This document shows positions 1 through 13,900 of a stretch of 64,000 nt of DNA, one piece after another. The first letter of the stretch is position 1; each line of letters begins with the position of its first letter. The DNA comes from Tubiluchus corallicola (Eukaryota; Animalia; Priapulida), in NCBI GenBank assembly GCA_030141605.1, contig JAQGDQ010000012.1:1382359-1446358 (forward strand), in the 5' to 3' direction. Under the pieces are notes generated by a model. That model was not told the origin of the DNA and did not search any database. It saw only the letters and a list, made by a program, of their open reading frames with translations. Both the position numbers and the translations under genes were made by a program.

Positions 1-819
1 GCTTGGTTGAATCAGTAAACTACGCAGCCCCGGATTTACGCATTGCGTAGAACGCGGGGTTTCAGCTGCAGCTAAAACGACTCCAATTTTTCTTCTCTTC
101 TACTAAAATGCCACGTTAAATTTCTTTCTTCTTTCAGTTATTTATATTTCACAAATAAACCAGAGAGACAGCTGTGAAATTTCTTAAATTTATAAATGTT
201 TGGGTTTATAAACAATGCGTTTGGCAATAAAATGAATGCATAAATTATTAATATATATATAATTTTAGGAAGTTACTAAAACTCATTTGTTAAGTATATG
301 TCATTAAAGCTATTCTAAGCATTAGTAATTAATGCTGTAATTAGTGATATTGCATTATGAACAATTTCGAATTCACATAATTAGCAACTACACCTATACA
401 ACTACACAGCAGCAGATAATATAGCAGCAAAAACAAGTAGCAGAAGTAAAAGAAAATCAGAAGCTGCAAAGGTTTAAACCAAGAAGACAATTTTGGTGTT
501 TAAAAAATTTTTGGTTCAGTAACCAAGCTTGGAAATGCTGACCGAATTACAATATGCTACTATTTTAGTCAAGATGTCTGTTAGCAGGCCATGGTCACGT
601 TATGAAATTGCATCACGAAATGGTTGTGTTTACTCTAGCGTACAACAGCAACAACAATCATATAGCTCTTTTGTGATTTCATCGTAATTGTAGCAATTAT
701 TCTGACCTAGCTAAGCAGTGATATCAAGATTAAACTTTCACTTGTCAAATTGAGCTATTCAAACTTATTTATTAACTGAATTAGGTTGCTTTTAACAGGT
801 TTGGTTTACTGGATTATTT

Positions 820-1107
820 TAATACAGCTCGGCACGCTTTTAGGCCGTGATCTAGCGCTCAACTGCAGGGCATACTGATGTAAAGGGACTGAAATCTAGC
901 TCATTTTATCAAGGATGAGACAGTGAACCAGCAGTGGTGTCTTGGCTACGTTTATAGATGCGTTTTGTCAGAGTCAACGACGACAGCAGTATGGCAAATA
1001 AAATCGCAGTTTTCTTCATAGTAGTCACCCGTCCATGTCTGACCAGGCTCAGTGTTCCTTAATTTCAGTCGCTAATTGCACACCGTGACTACTGGTATAT
1101 TTGCCCC
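820..1107 (-). mobile_element. 5S rRNA-derived SINE-like element (SINE3-type) or 5S pseudogene
   Basis: Minus-strand GAAATTAAGGAACACTGAGCCTGGTCAGACATGGACGGGTGACT resembles the 5S internal control region (GAAGCTAAGCAGGGTCGGGCCTGGTTAGTACTTGGATGGGAGACC). Confidence 0.55.
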
Positions 1108-1974
1108 TGGAGAAGAACATTGATTAAGTTCTATATGGTAAACATTAGCATTTTCAAATTTTTTTAATTTCAGTGATTTTTAACCTTCTCGCATGAGTTT
1201 CCCAGCTATTGGCTGGCTATTTCCACACAACTTTCATCCTCTTCCAACATTTAGTCTTTATTGAAATTCGACAAATTGGTTACAAAGTTAACATGTACAA
1301 ATTGAAAAAAAATAGTAGTTGCCTCTCTGTCGGGAAACTGCCCTCTAATATTCGGCTTAGATGTCTGGCACTGGTTCTGATGATTTGTGTTTATGAAAAA
1401 GAGCAATCAGTTTATCTGCTGATTAGACATTAGTTGTGACTGTCATGTTGTTTAGTTCAGTTTAGTTTAGCATAGCTTAGGCAGTTGTTGTCTTGCGTGA
1501 GCTGTTGTCCCGAATGCTGCTGAGCGTGCTTTCGTTGCAGCGGGGCGGAGCGATAGACCAATATGTTTGAGGTCAATTGGTAATGTTGTATATTGGGCTT
1601 TAAATCATTTTTCCCATGCTGCCCTACGTCACCTCAAGCAGAAACACATAGTCAAATGTTTTATGTAAATTTTACCTATAACAGCATTGCAACAAATGGA
1701 TTTACGAAACATGCAGCATTAACTAACAAAAATTAGTACTTTTAGACAAATATCAGTAATATTAGTAATAATAGTAATATCAGAATTTTTACCAACACAC
1801 GTCTAACAACGAATTTTACCTCATACCTAACGTTTTAATTTCAAATATGTCGAGCTCTTCGGCTGACGCATAACATGTATAGCACTGCCTGTGAGATTTA
1901 AGCTTAGAACTAGTTGGTGAATACCATTAGACACGTCATTTGTAATCATTCATGACAAAGTGTTAGAACTAAAT

Positions 1975-3250
1975 TTAGTTTAGTTTACACTTTATTTATT
2001 TATAGTGGATTTGCAAAACACACTGCGTCTGATACAGGTATCTCCACGGTGCAAGTGCTGAGTGCAAAGTGCTAATAAAAGAAAAATGGTTATCACAACT
2101 AATAATTATCACACTCGATTCAATAAAACATTTGATTCAACCACAATCAGAACTACATTTCGCAAGAACGATGACAATAAGGAAAGGAATTGCAGCACAT
2201 CAAAGTGAAGGTAATCTTAGGAAGGAGGAAGGTAATATCTTATTGTGTGATGTTGTACTGTACGCCTGAACAGCCCTCTTTATGAGAAAGAAAAGAGAGA
2301 AGATGCCGATCCTGCGGTGATTATCAAGCACCTAAACAGGATAATTGTACAAGGTATCAATCAGTTTGGTTTAGCCAGCAAACAGCAACAGTACCTCAAC
2401 TGCCAATATTATTTTTATCGCCACCATTCCACTACATCATTATTTATAATTGTCATGTACAACGTACTCCGCCTCAACGTTATCAATACTGCCCCGTCTG
2501 CTCCTACTAAGCGCCACTAACACTTATAGGTGTAAATTTTTTTTGGCTTATGTGATAGCGATCTATTTTCTTGCCTTAATCGGACGTACTGTTCAAAGCT
2601 TTATCTTTTTATTTTAAATGCTTGCACAAACACTGCTTTACTTAACAATTTTCACTTTGATTAATTGGCAAGTAAACTGTTTAAAATTACTTCAACTTAA
2701 AGTATTTCTTCAAAAGAGGAAGCAAGACTGCCTAAACACGGGATTGGTAATTCTTACAGGTCGTCGAGAAGTGAATTTCTCGATCTATCTATAAAGTTCA
2801 GATTTGATTTTTGAGCCCATCGCAATGGTGTGACAGACACGTCTAAGGTCTGTCTACACAGCATGGTTTTGATGTTTCTTTGGCGAGATTAATTGAGATG
2901 TTTGGATTTACATTATTGTGAAACTTCCTCAAATGGCTTAATTGAAGACGAAATGGCTGTTAATATGGTCTGTGGAAAACCGAATCTAATCTGGAATTCT
3001 GTTAAAGGACTCGCAACACGTTAGTGGACGGAGTCGGACGTGTATAACGAGGGAGCTTTAATTACCGTATCAGCGGTAAAGCCAAGAGGAGGCGATCCAT
3101 GAAATGAGCTGACAAAGTTGGCGGAATGGAATGACGGATGGAATGATAGGATATGGAAATGAAATGGAATGACGTAGTTTTGTTTATAATATGGAGTGAT
3201 CCGTGGTTATAGAATGGTAGGCGCAGTGAAAACCAAAACTGGAGCTCTTA
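1975..3250 (-). mobile_element. Decayed LINE remnant
   Basis: Minus-strand IKTMLC..PLRWAQKSNLNFIDRSRNSLL resembles the RT thumb region; ends in AATAAA plus an (AAACT)n tail near 1975-2000. Confidence 0.35.
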
Positions 3251-3633
3251 CATGGTAAATCCATGTAGCTTGTAGCCTTTTATGCACTTTTTTGCAGTTC
3301 TGTTTAAATGCATGTGCACAGTTTTCATGACTAAAATATGTGTAATAATATTAAATAAAGCAGTTGAATTTTATGCTTATCTCATTTGGATTAATTGGGA
3401 CTTGCTGTTCAGTCTTTTCCAAGCATTATACCACAACAATAGTGGTGATACACGTTAAGGAAATTACACAGCACCTTTACGCGCATTAGAAAAATCCATG
3501 TTTCAGTTTAACATGTCATAAACCAATTTCTTTCGTGTGGTGCGCTTTCAAGCCTAATCAAAATAAATAAATTCACGATCCCGACAAGTGCACCGTCACA
3601 GCTTAACAAATTAAAGTAACGTTCAAAAATAAT

Positions 3634-3639
3634 TTTATT
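3634..3639 (-). terminator. Putative poly(A) signal of the mGluR-like gene (3' UTR about 1 kb)
   Basis: AATAAA on the minus strand followed by a U-rich tract around 3560-3575. Confidence 0.4.
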
Positions 3640-4665
3640 TTCGTATACATGTGAAATTTTTATATTTGGTGTATACGTTAAACACGAACAACATTATTTA
3701 CTTCACCAATTTGAATGACTAGTTTTGTCAAATCATAATGTGTGCTATATAGTGAAATGTAATACAAACGTAATAATATCTAAGTCTTTGAAAGACACGT
3801 GAACGTCGTTAATCGGTGCTAAAACACTGAGTAAGGCAGCGGTGCACAGCTACTACTAGCAGCTAACTTAAATTACGATTAATTGTAGAAAGTAAGATCA
3901 CTGCAAAGACGGTGAGTTTTTTATGCTATAATTAATTCCAGGAAAAGACGGCTATGGCCAACTTCTTGTGTTTAGGCAGGTTTAATTCCAGAACACCAGC
4001 AATATATTGCTTAAGACGGTGCTCTCGAGCAATTTATATAGATTCCTAGACGAGGTTTGAAAAAAAATCATCTTCAGAGTACAGCATTTAGAATGTCAAC
4101 TTCTAGAACTAGTATGGACTATAAACAGTCCATGTGCAGTACGCAGTATAAGTCGAAACACAATTTACAATAAGTTAGATACAGTAAGGCAGGAATGTGA
4201 CTTCTTACGTGTACATACTATCAGGGTGTACCACAGTCTACAGGCACGTCATTGTCACCAATGTTTAATATACAACATCGATAACATTGTGCACAAGCCA
4301 ACTTGTGCATGTTGGCAAGTAAGTTTCCAAGTTCACTAGTGTTTAAACACTAACAGCAAACCATGACAGTCAGGACACACACAATCATAGGCGTACAATT
4401 TCATATTGTATTACTATAAATTGGTTATCGTTGGAATGCTACTCTTTGCTCCATCTAGACGATTCATACTGCAACTCGGTCGTCCTGCCTTCTGTAAAGG
4501 CCAGTTTACAATTTCTTACGCTCTGGCGTTGGGCAGTCGTGTCAACATAGCAAGACACATATTTCAATGCATTTTACTGGGTGGCACCATCTACAGGACG
4601 AGTATTACAATGTGTTTGCGTATGATGTGTGAAACAAGACTTAGGGTTAGCGTATTCTAAAGGTG

Positions 4666-4913
4666 CTACAACTCGGTTTCCTGTGATGTGTCGAATATGA
4701 CGAATTTCGGTTCTGTCAAACTTTCAACAAATGCAGTTCTAGAGTCGTCTGAAATGTCGTCTGAGCCACCGGTTCTGAAGCAAACTTTGGGCGGCGTAGT
4801 TTGCGAGGCAATGTTTGAAGAGCGACGGAAGATCTCTCCGTTTGGCGTAAGAGAAACTTGCGGCAACTTTGGTGCACAACACGTCTTGCAACCACATTTA
4901 CATGTTTTAGAAC
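4666..4913 (-). CDS. mGluR-like exon 12 (cytoplasmic tail, stop TAG)
   Basis: tttgcag| phase 1 matches exon 11; [12 protein letters not shown]...SQETEL*; ends in a class I PDZ-binding motif. Confidence 0.85.
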
Positions 4914-7900
4914 CTGCAAAACGCATTTTTAACTTGAGTTAATTTATTTAATAATTTAATTTAGTTTTACACATGGAAATGGCCTAAGAAATTAATTGGA
5001 AAGAATGAAAAGAAAAGTGAAAATAATAAAAAAGCGAAAAATAACAGAACTATTGAACGAACGACTTGAAACATGGCACAAAGAGTGCCAGTAGGTTTAG
5101 TGTTCTTGGAAAATTACTGCATAGACTTGAAGCCTTCAATAAATTGCTCTCACATGAAGCAAATAACACATACCTATGTCGGTATGATTTTTTGGCACGT
5201 GTATACCTCAAACAAGCGCTTACATGTATTAATTAAATAACATGTATTATATGTATTAAAAATGAAACACAAACTATCATTTTGACGACAACACATCGAT
5301 CGTGTGATTGTGGGAAACAAAATTTTATATTATTGACTTTTAATCCAAACAAATTCGTTGACATTTTTATTAATAATCTGTTCTCATTTAGCATTAAATT
5401 CCCTCAACACGATTCATTTAAAATGTTAAAATTCATAAATTATTTTGCTGGCCTGATACCAGAAAGAGTTGGCACTTTAGTCAAGGTCGCAAAACACACG
5501 TGATAACAACTTCAAGTACCACCAGAGAAGCAGACCTCATAATACATTTAAAAAACTTACTTTCTACAAGTGGCGACCCCTTCATTGAATTTGGAATATA
5601 CTGGTTACTACCCAAGTAAGACGAGCTACTTCTTTTCACAGAAGACATAACACTTTCTTTGGTATTTTTTTCTGGACGTAATAACACCACGTAGGCTTTG
5701 GAGAAAAATAAGCAAAACAAAGCGACCGTCGCGCCCATGCTCAGTCCCAGGCACAACGTTATAACTCGTATAGCATTATCCGGATTAGCAAAGTACATTG
5801 GCATAAAAGCCATCCAAATGATACATGTGGTGTAGTTTGTGAACGCTATGTACCGAGTTTCGTTGAATCCCGCTGGACACTTGCGGGTCTTGAACGCGTA
5901 CACAGTACACAGAATGATGAGAATGAATGGATAGGCGAAACCCACTAAATAACTAGTGTCCACCGCCCCTTTACAGATTAACAAGTTATGTGCTCGTGTA
6001 GGGTACGGAATGTTCTCCACTTGTGGGGGAACCACGGTTAACCACACCCCTGCTATAACAATATATACAAAAATAATGATCATGATGATAAAGATTTGTG
6101 ACAATGGACTAGTAAATGGAGTCTTTTTAGGCGTTGAGTTTCTAGCGTTGAATATTCTCGATATTCGGTTGGTTTTAACCAAGATGGCTCCATAACAGAT
6201 TGTGTAACAGAACCCGGCCAGAAAGCGTGTAACTGCACAACTCACAGGCGTCGGTTTTGCCACGAATACGAACGTGGCACCATATGACGACACGATGCCG
6301 AACCACAAAACGGCACTTAGTTCGCGACCCGAAGCTTTCACCAAAGGAGTGCTTTTAAAGGCCAAGAAAATAATAGCGACTACCATAGCTAAGAGTATGC
6401 CAATGCACGCAACTGACATAGCCACTTTTCCCCATGTATTTGAATAACTCATGTATGTTTCCACAATGGGCACACAGACGTTTCGAGCAGCATTTGGAAT
6501 GCTTCCTAGAGGGCAGTCCGTACACGTTGATTGGTTTGGTAGATATTGAAATTCCGTGCAGTTAACGCAAACCCAACAACACTTCTGGTCATCTGCTTCC
6601 ATTTGTATAGCCTGACCCATCTGAAACAATATTTTGCAAATTAATCTAGAACATAATGTAGGTGTTATCACACCATAAACAGTTTTGGATTAGACCATAT
6701 CATATCACAATGGACAGTCAAAAAAAAGAAATCACCCTACTAGTTTAAGTTTTCACTAAACTGCATTCGCTAAATATCAACACTAAATTATTATCAAAAA
6801 ATACTTTGCTTTGGTTTTTCTGGAAACTGGCATGTTCACTCTTCATTTGTGGGTTCTCATAATGCATAGCAAAATTGGCACAGGTAAAAACGACACAGGT
6901 GAAAATGGCAAGGTAAAAATTGCACATGAAAAAGGGCACAAATGGGAAAATAGGAAAAAATGGCGCACAATATATGAGTTTAGGGTTTAGGACTGTGGAG
7001 GATAATTATTTTAGTTAATTTTGCCTCTGCGTTAGAAGTTATGCTTCAACACAGCTTGCTTGTCTGTTATGTAACAGTAAGCCTACTACCAAAAACAATT
7101 TGACAGATTTGCGCGAATCTTTGTTGACAAATTAGGTAGCGGACAAAAAACAATCATCTTAAAGCAGCTTCCTGGACAAAATTTTTTTCGTACGTTCTTT
7201 CTTTACAAATTTGACCAAACGTCACGTACAATAACATTCGTGAAGCATTTCGTAAATACGTCTCAGAGGGATCGAGTGTCATAGCTCTTTGGAAAAAGGC
7301 GGACATGGCTACAAGATAGGGTAATTGATTCTTTTTGTCCTCGACCAGAAAAACAGCCACGAGTTCCAATTGTAGATAATCTCGCGCGGAAAACTGTGTA
7401 ACGCTACCTACATGTCCTACAACCTTTGCTTAAACATGTATATAGTTTCATAAGCTGAGTTAGTATTTGTCAGTCTATTACAATAAAGAAATGTAAACAA
7501 ACGCAATGTGGAATTTACGGGCTTTATTGATTATAATTCTATTTAATGAACAAAATGTTTTGTGAGTCTTTTGCTGGTCTGTATAATTCTTATACAGGTA
7601 TAGTTTTTGTATGTTTGCTTGTTTATCTTTGTTTACGTTTTTATCAATCAAACAATCAGACGAACATGTTTAGGACTATTCGGCTTTGGTGGAGATCTGC
7701 TTCCTACTGAGAGCACTCTAGTTTTATTATGGAAATTGTTTGTACCAAAATAGCCATTTTTCCTACTTTTTTTTATTTGTGCCATTTTTCCTGTGCATTT
7801 TTTACCCTGTGCCATTTTTACCTACATTCGAGATCTCATAGATCTCCAATTACTATTGTTTCAGTTAATTTGACGGGGAACTACGCTATATACATCTAGA

Positions 7901-10900
7901 AAAGTCATTGTCGACGGAGCTTTTATACAAGCCATTTTGCATAAAAACGATTGAACTTGTGAAACGAAAGCAAGCAGGCTTCCTTATTAATTCTTCCACC
8001 AAGAAAGCTATAGGGCGCCTATATCTCCATTTTCCACTCGAGAAATTGTTTTTCTGGAGCAAAGATATATTATAAAAATAATAATTGCAGAAGCAAGCTG
8101 TTGTTAATCTGGGCTTTGCGGAAAGAGCTCTGTAAAAGATAATTGCAGTTTCCCACATAAAGTAGATTTCATATCATATAAACATTAAACAGTAGTATAG
8201 AGGCTCCTGCCCTCAAAAGAGCAAAGTAGTAAAACTGCAAAAATGAAAAGAAAAAACTTTGTAGTAAAAAACAACATCTATGTAGCTCAAAAATACCATT
8301 GTAGCGTACACTGTACCTAAAGAGAGCAATTTTTATTCTAATATGTAAGAAGAATTGCCTTCGCACCTTAGAAGATTTGCTAATGGGTTGCTAATTTGTT
8401 AAGTGAATGGTCGATAATACAGACAGACGAACAACTAGACAAATTTTCTAGTTATAACTTACCTGACAAGGTAAGGAGCAGACGGCATCAGGTATGACGT
8501 CAGATCCGTTTCTAAATCTCAGTTCGGAATAGTTGAGGTATAACTCCTCCACACCACCTTCGCCTGTATAAAAATAATTTTTTAAGAGCTGAATAAATTA
8601 CAGTTTATGTGGGCGACTTTGGATATCGTTTTCAATACAAATCATCCTGGTGCTAATTGTTTTTGTTTGCTAGTTAAAGAAAAAAATTAGAAAAACTGCA
8701 AGTCAAAAGAAGTCAACAACTTTTCTTCTGAGTCGACGCAACAAAGCTAAATAATTTGTCACCCGAGAGATGTTATCTGAGAGCTCTTCACATTGTGAGG
8801 ACAAAACACAAACCAGTTGACATTGATGGGCTGTATATACAACAAGCGTCCATAAGCTCTTATACTTGCTAACTGGATGTTGGTTTCATTTTACAATGGC
8901 AATAATGAAAAGAAAGCTAATCCCAGTACAGTATAAAACGTAATAATTTATATGACAGAAGTTTTTAATATATTTTACCGGTTTTGTAAGATAAGATAAA
9001 GATACGCGGGCCCCCTGGCTATAGCTAAAGGCGTACGGTCTTATAAAGCCAAAAGCTGTACTTGTTCTTCCCTAATAAGCAGAGAATCATTTAAACCAAC
9101 AGGGATTTACAGTACCGGATACAAATGTATAACAAGACAACGCGATTTTTTCCCGCATTTCTTTATATGTTTGTTCCTATTACTACAGATGTGTTTATTA
9201 GTGTTTATTACTACACATGTTTACTAAATTGATATAAGAATTTTAATGTTATCCTGACTTGAAACTGAATCACTGGACGGTTGTTCAACAGCTGTTTTCT
9301 TTATGCTTATTCACATTTACAACAGGTTCACTATAAATACTAGATCGAGCTTGATTTAATATTGACGTATTATGAATTTATGATTTTTAATTTTATGTTT
9401 ATATTGTATTTAACATTTTCAGCAATACTAATAATGTAACAATACGTATTTTTGGCATTAGTATTTGTAGCAATATGTATGTATATATGTATGTATGTAT
9501 TTATATGTATGTATTTTTAGCAATAGTATGTAGCAGTAGTATTTTTAGCAATACTAAGTATACTAATAATAATAATAATAAATAAAATATTATTAATTTA
9601 GACTTGAAAGCTTTACTACTGAGGAAAAAAAAGAAAAAAAATAAAAGTCGTAATTTATTTAGAAGTATTTAACTAACCAACATGTGTTAGCGTTTAATTA
9701 AGTTATAAGTTTGTTATAATTTTAGCTCGAACAACACTGCTTAAAACAAAAAATATTCATGCCTAAAGTTTAAAAGAAATTTACCAAGTTGTATAACCAG
9801 AAATTTTATATAGACACTAAAATCTTTTAAATTTAAAACAAAGTCATGCACATATTTTGTCTTACGCCTACAGCATGCTTCATATAAAGCAAAATTGAAA
9901 ATTTATAAGATAAATAAGTTGCCATTAAGTCCACAAAACGTTTTTTTAGTAAACTGTTCTAAGCAAGTTAGCTAGACTGTTGGTTTTAGAAAATCATGCA
10001 AAATGAAAAATATGTAATGCGCATGCGCACATAACAGCCTACCTTTACGAACTGTTTGTGTCCATGTGAAAAAGAGAAATGAAAGAGAAAAGAAGAAATT
10101 AATGAGGGATAGTGCATGAACACAGTAATAACAATCATAATAGTTTCTTTACCTTCCTGATAATGCCTCACTGAAAATAGTTAAAACAAGAGTATTGGTT
10201 TAAAATTTTGCATCAAAATTATTATTTTAATAACAAAGTGGGAGAAAACTATGGACTAATATTCTAAATGCAGCAAAATCATTGAAACCAACAGTAATAA
10301 TTATTGTATTAGGCCAAGTTTTGATTTTTCTTCTTAATATCTTAAAAATAACATATGTCAATACATACATCTTAAAACAAAATATGTCAATTTTTTAGTA
10401 AGCATAAGGGTAATTTCCTAATTATTTCAAAAGTATAAAGGAACTTTCACGAGATACTAGAAATTGTCAGCACATATATATTCCTTTTTTAAAAAACATT
10501 CTCACAGAATCAACCTAAAGAGAGGAAAAGAATGATAAATCACAATGGCAGTGCCAAATTCAGCAAATCAATTACACATTAATTTCCCCTTTTACTGTCA
10601 ATGTACAATAAAGTAAATTTTATGTATATTGCCACCGCTTATTGGAAACAGTTCAAGACTCATGTGGAGAATTCACATATTTGGCACATTTGGAAGCAAT
10701 AAAATGAAGTTAATTTTTTGAATGTTAAGCAAGTCTTGATTTAATAAGTTATTTTTTATTTAAAGTGACTCCTAACAGAAAGAGTTGATTTTTATTGAAT
10801 TTTGCTTTCTCGATATAAGATGTCGTTCCCTCGAATTACGTTTATGAAGGAACTTCATGAAGGTTTCGCTTGTCACTTCACCCACCACGTTGATTTGAAT

Positions 10901-13900
10901 TTTTTAAACTGAAATACTTTGAGACTTACGTGCGTATGTTCCCACCGTTGCCCAAACGTATTTTCCGTTGTCATTTTTCTTGAAGTTCATAATGGTATAG
11001 CGCGGAGGACCATCTACTTCGTTTAGAAATACAAACTCTTCTCCATCAGCACCTGTTTGTCAACAAACGATTAGCTTTATTTCACAGCACAATTTATACA
11101 TAATTTATTAGAAGCCGAATGCAATTAAAGTTACAAAGAACTGCATGATCACAATTTTTCCAAAAAAACATAAATCGAGCCTTTCCTGCAGTTTTATTGC
11201 GTATTATTTTGAAATACATATTGAACAGGTTTACAATCTATCTTCTAAGACTTTTGATGAATTTAAGATAATACGACTATATTTCTACAGTTGAAAAAAT
11301 TCGAAAAATAGAAATTCAATATTTAGTGTTTTTTCGTGTACACGATTACTAAACTTAAAACGATTACACTCAAAGCTACTGTGAAAAAGCAGATATTGAA
11401 ACTGGCAAAGGAACACCTTACTCAGACCGTAATTTACATGCATCTTTCAAATTTTTAACGGATTCAATGTCACACGTGAAACAAATTATCATTAGACGCG
11501 AAACGTGGACAAAATTCCCAATAAGAAAACAACAGGAAATTCATTGCATTACCCGTCTAAATGATCACTAATGTCACCTTGGTTAATTTCCGCCTCCATT
11601 TGTTGAAGACTGCAGTGAAAGAGAGCGGTATATTACGTAACCTTTCCACCGTTGTTTAAATATTTGGAAAGAATACAACACATTACGTAATTAAATAACC
11701 ACAAAGTGTCTTTTAGCGTCGTCGCAATAGTTTTATTTCAATTGCTCAAGAGCAATTGTAGTCTACCTTTTTAGTTGTAGTTGTATGTCAGTGTCTTGCA
11801 ATACACCTTATGATTCTCGAATTAAAGACACCGTAAACGTGTTGCCAAGTACTGCAAAATGATTTTGAAACAGCAAGGAATTTTGTCCTGACTTCATTAT
11901 GGTGAGATTCAAGAGAACGTTTTCTTATCATTGTTATCAGAGGAGTTACAGATGCAAGATGAGGCTTTTCTCTAACAATTATCATGATGGTAAAATAATC
12001 ACTTCATACTCTCCTGCCTATGTGCACTAAGAAAGCATTTAGTCTGAGAAATTAAAATAGATCTTCATTTATCAACACTCTATATTAATTTTAAGGTTAC
12101 GCCAAAAGTTCTCTTCGGTGTTGGTTAGTTTGGGATCCAAATCAAGTACAACTTTAAATTATTGCGGCGACAGTGCGCCCCAATATATTTGAGCTATTAC
12201 GTCCCGCCTTAAATACCCAAAATAAATAACGGATTTTAAAATTTCACCTTGCAAAAAAAATTGTTAGGCTTATTATGTTACCTATAACATTTGACAGAGT
12301 AATAGTAGTATTAAGAATTACAAACTTTGACACAAATAAACCAAATTTCTTTGCAGTTTGCGTTGCAGAGGCTACTATAGTGTCTGACACATCTTGTAGA
12401 CTTCGAAACAACCGTGCTATACCATAGATTCACATGCAATGTGGCGCCATCTACTAGCCCCATACAGAAACAAATGCATCGAGAAGTATTAGAGTGAGTG
12501 CCGTGTAAATGATGAACTGCTAATGGAAGTGAAACCGGATGAAAGTGATTATTAACACTTTAAGAAAAACTGCTTTGAGAAAGGTTTAATTATCATAAAA
12601 CTACCTGTGAAGGCAACATTCTTGAGGTAGTGGATGAAATGTTCTCCTTCGATTTCACGCATTTGAGGACACACACCTTTGTATCTTCGACCACATACTT
12701 TACGATGCATGTTCCTTAGTGCATGTGCAATGGCGTACACGGCGTCTTGTATGAAATGCATCTGAAAGGTTGTGGTGACATTACTGAGGTCTTCACTTCC
12801 GGTGCAATTCCTGGAGAAGTTGTTGTACCGAGTAGTGAGCTCTTCGGGTAGCTTGCATTTGAAATGGTGCTCCCAGTACTCCCCAAGCCAAGGATTGTGT
12901 TCCCTGCGACGTGAATCGAGTGTGAGTGACGTAAAATAGTCGTGGAACCCGTCGATTGTGTGAGCAAGAGGTTGTACTGTAATTGCTCCATCTGCTGTCG
13001 ACTCGACACCTGAAATAAGCCAAAAACTTGAAGAAAGGCACTGCCCATTAGATGGTCATGATGCCTTAATTTTTCCTGTCAAGACAACTTTAGCCGTGAC
13101 GACGAATACTAGCAAATAATTTCATCAAGTAATATCAGTAACCAAAGTTCCAAATTATCTCAGTAAATATGGTTAATGAACGATGATTAAATTTATACCG
13201 TTAACAACATTGCTTCTTCCACTCCACCCGTCACTTCCTACCCAAATGAACTCATTGGTACCAAGACGTTTAGCAGCTTTCATGAGATTAGCGCCTTGTT
13301 GCATGTCCACAAATGCTATAACCACTACAATATTCGTCACAAAACAACAATTATTTATATGAATTTTATACACACACGACCCACTAAAACGTCAGTATCA
13401 GCTGCTAAGCGTTATAATTGGATAAGAAAAACGCACATTTTGTTTGTGCCAGCAGACGAGAAGGGACGACGAACTTAGTAAACCCGAATTACTCATCGTT
13501 TATACCAGATTTATGAATCCTTTGATAACAATCGGGATTTCTTTGGCAACTATTATTGCCTTAAAATAAGATTCTATTTGAATAACTTATACACACAAGG
13601 TATAAGGATTAAAAGGACCAAAGAGTGACTTACTTTTATTTTGGTCGAGATTAAAAAGTAAGTCACCATATAATAAAATATAAATTTTAGTATTGATGTT
13701 TAATTCATTAATGTTAACTGGAAGAAAGCTTGAATTATACAGGTTAAGTAAGTACAGTCATCCACATTTACTCAAGTCTAAAAAAGATACTGACCAATTT
13801 GAAAAAGATAACATTTTTTAACATATGCATGAATTTTAAGTCTAGCAAACTGTGGTCAGTCATAAAGTTCAAACTGAATCTCTATACTCATCAAGAAAAG

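Noticed and set aside
6621-6671. N-terminal part of the 396-aa ORF as a standalone 7TM gene start
   Set aside because: Intronic; the real exon starts at the acceptor at 6620 and continues the Cys-rich domain from exon 10.
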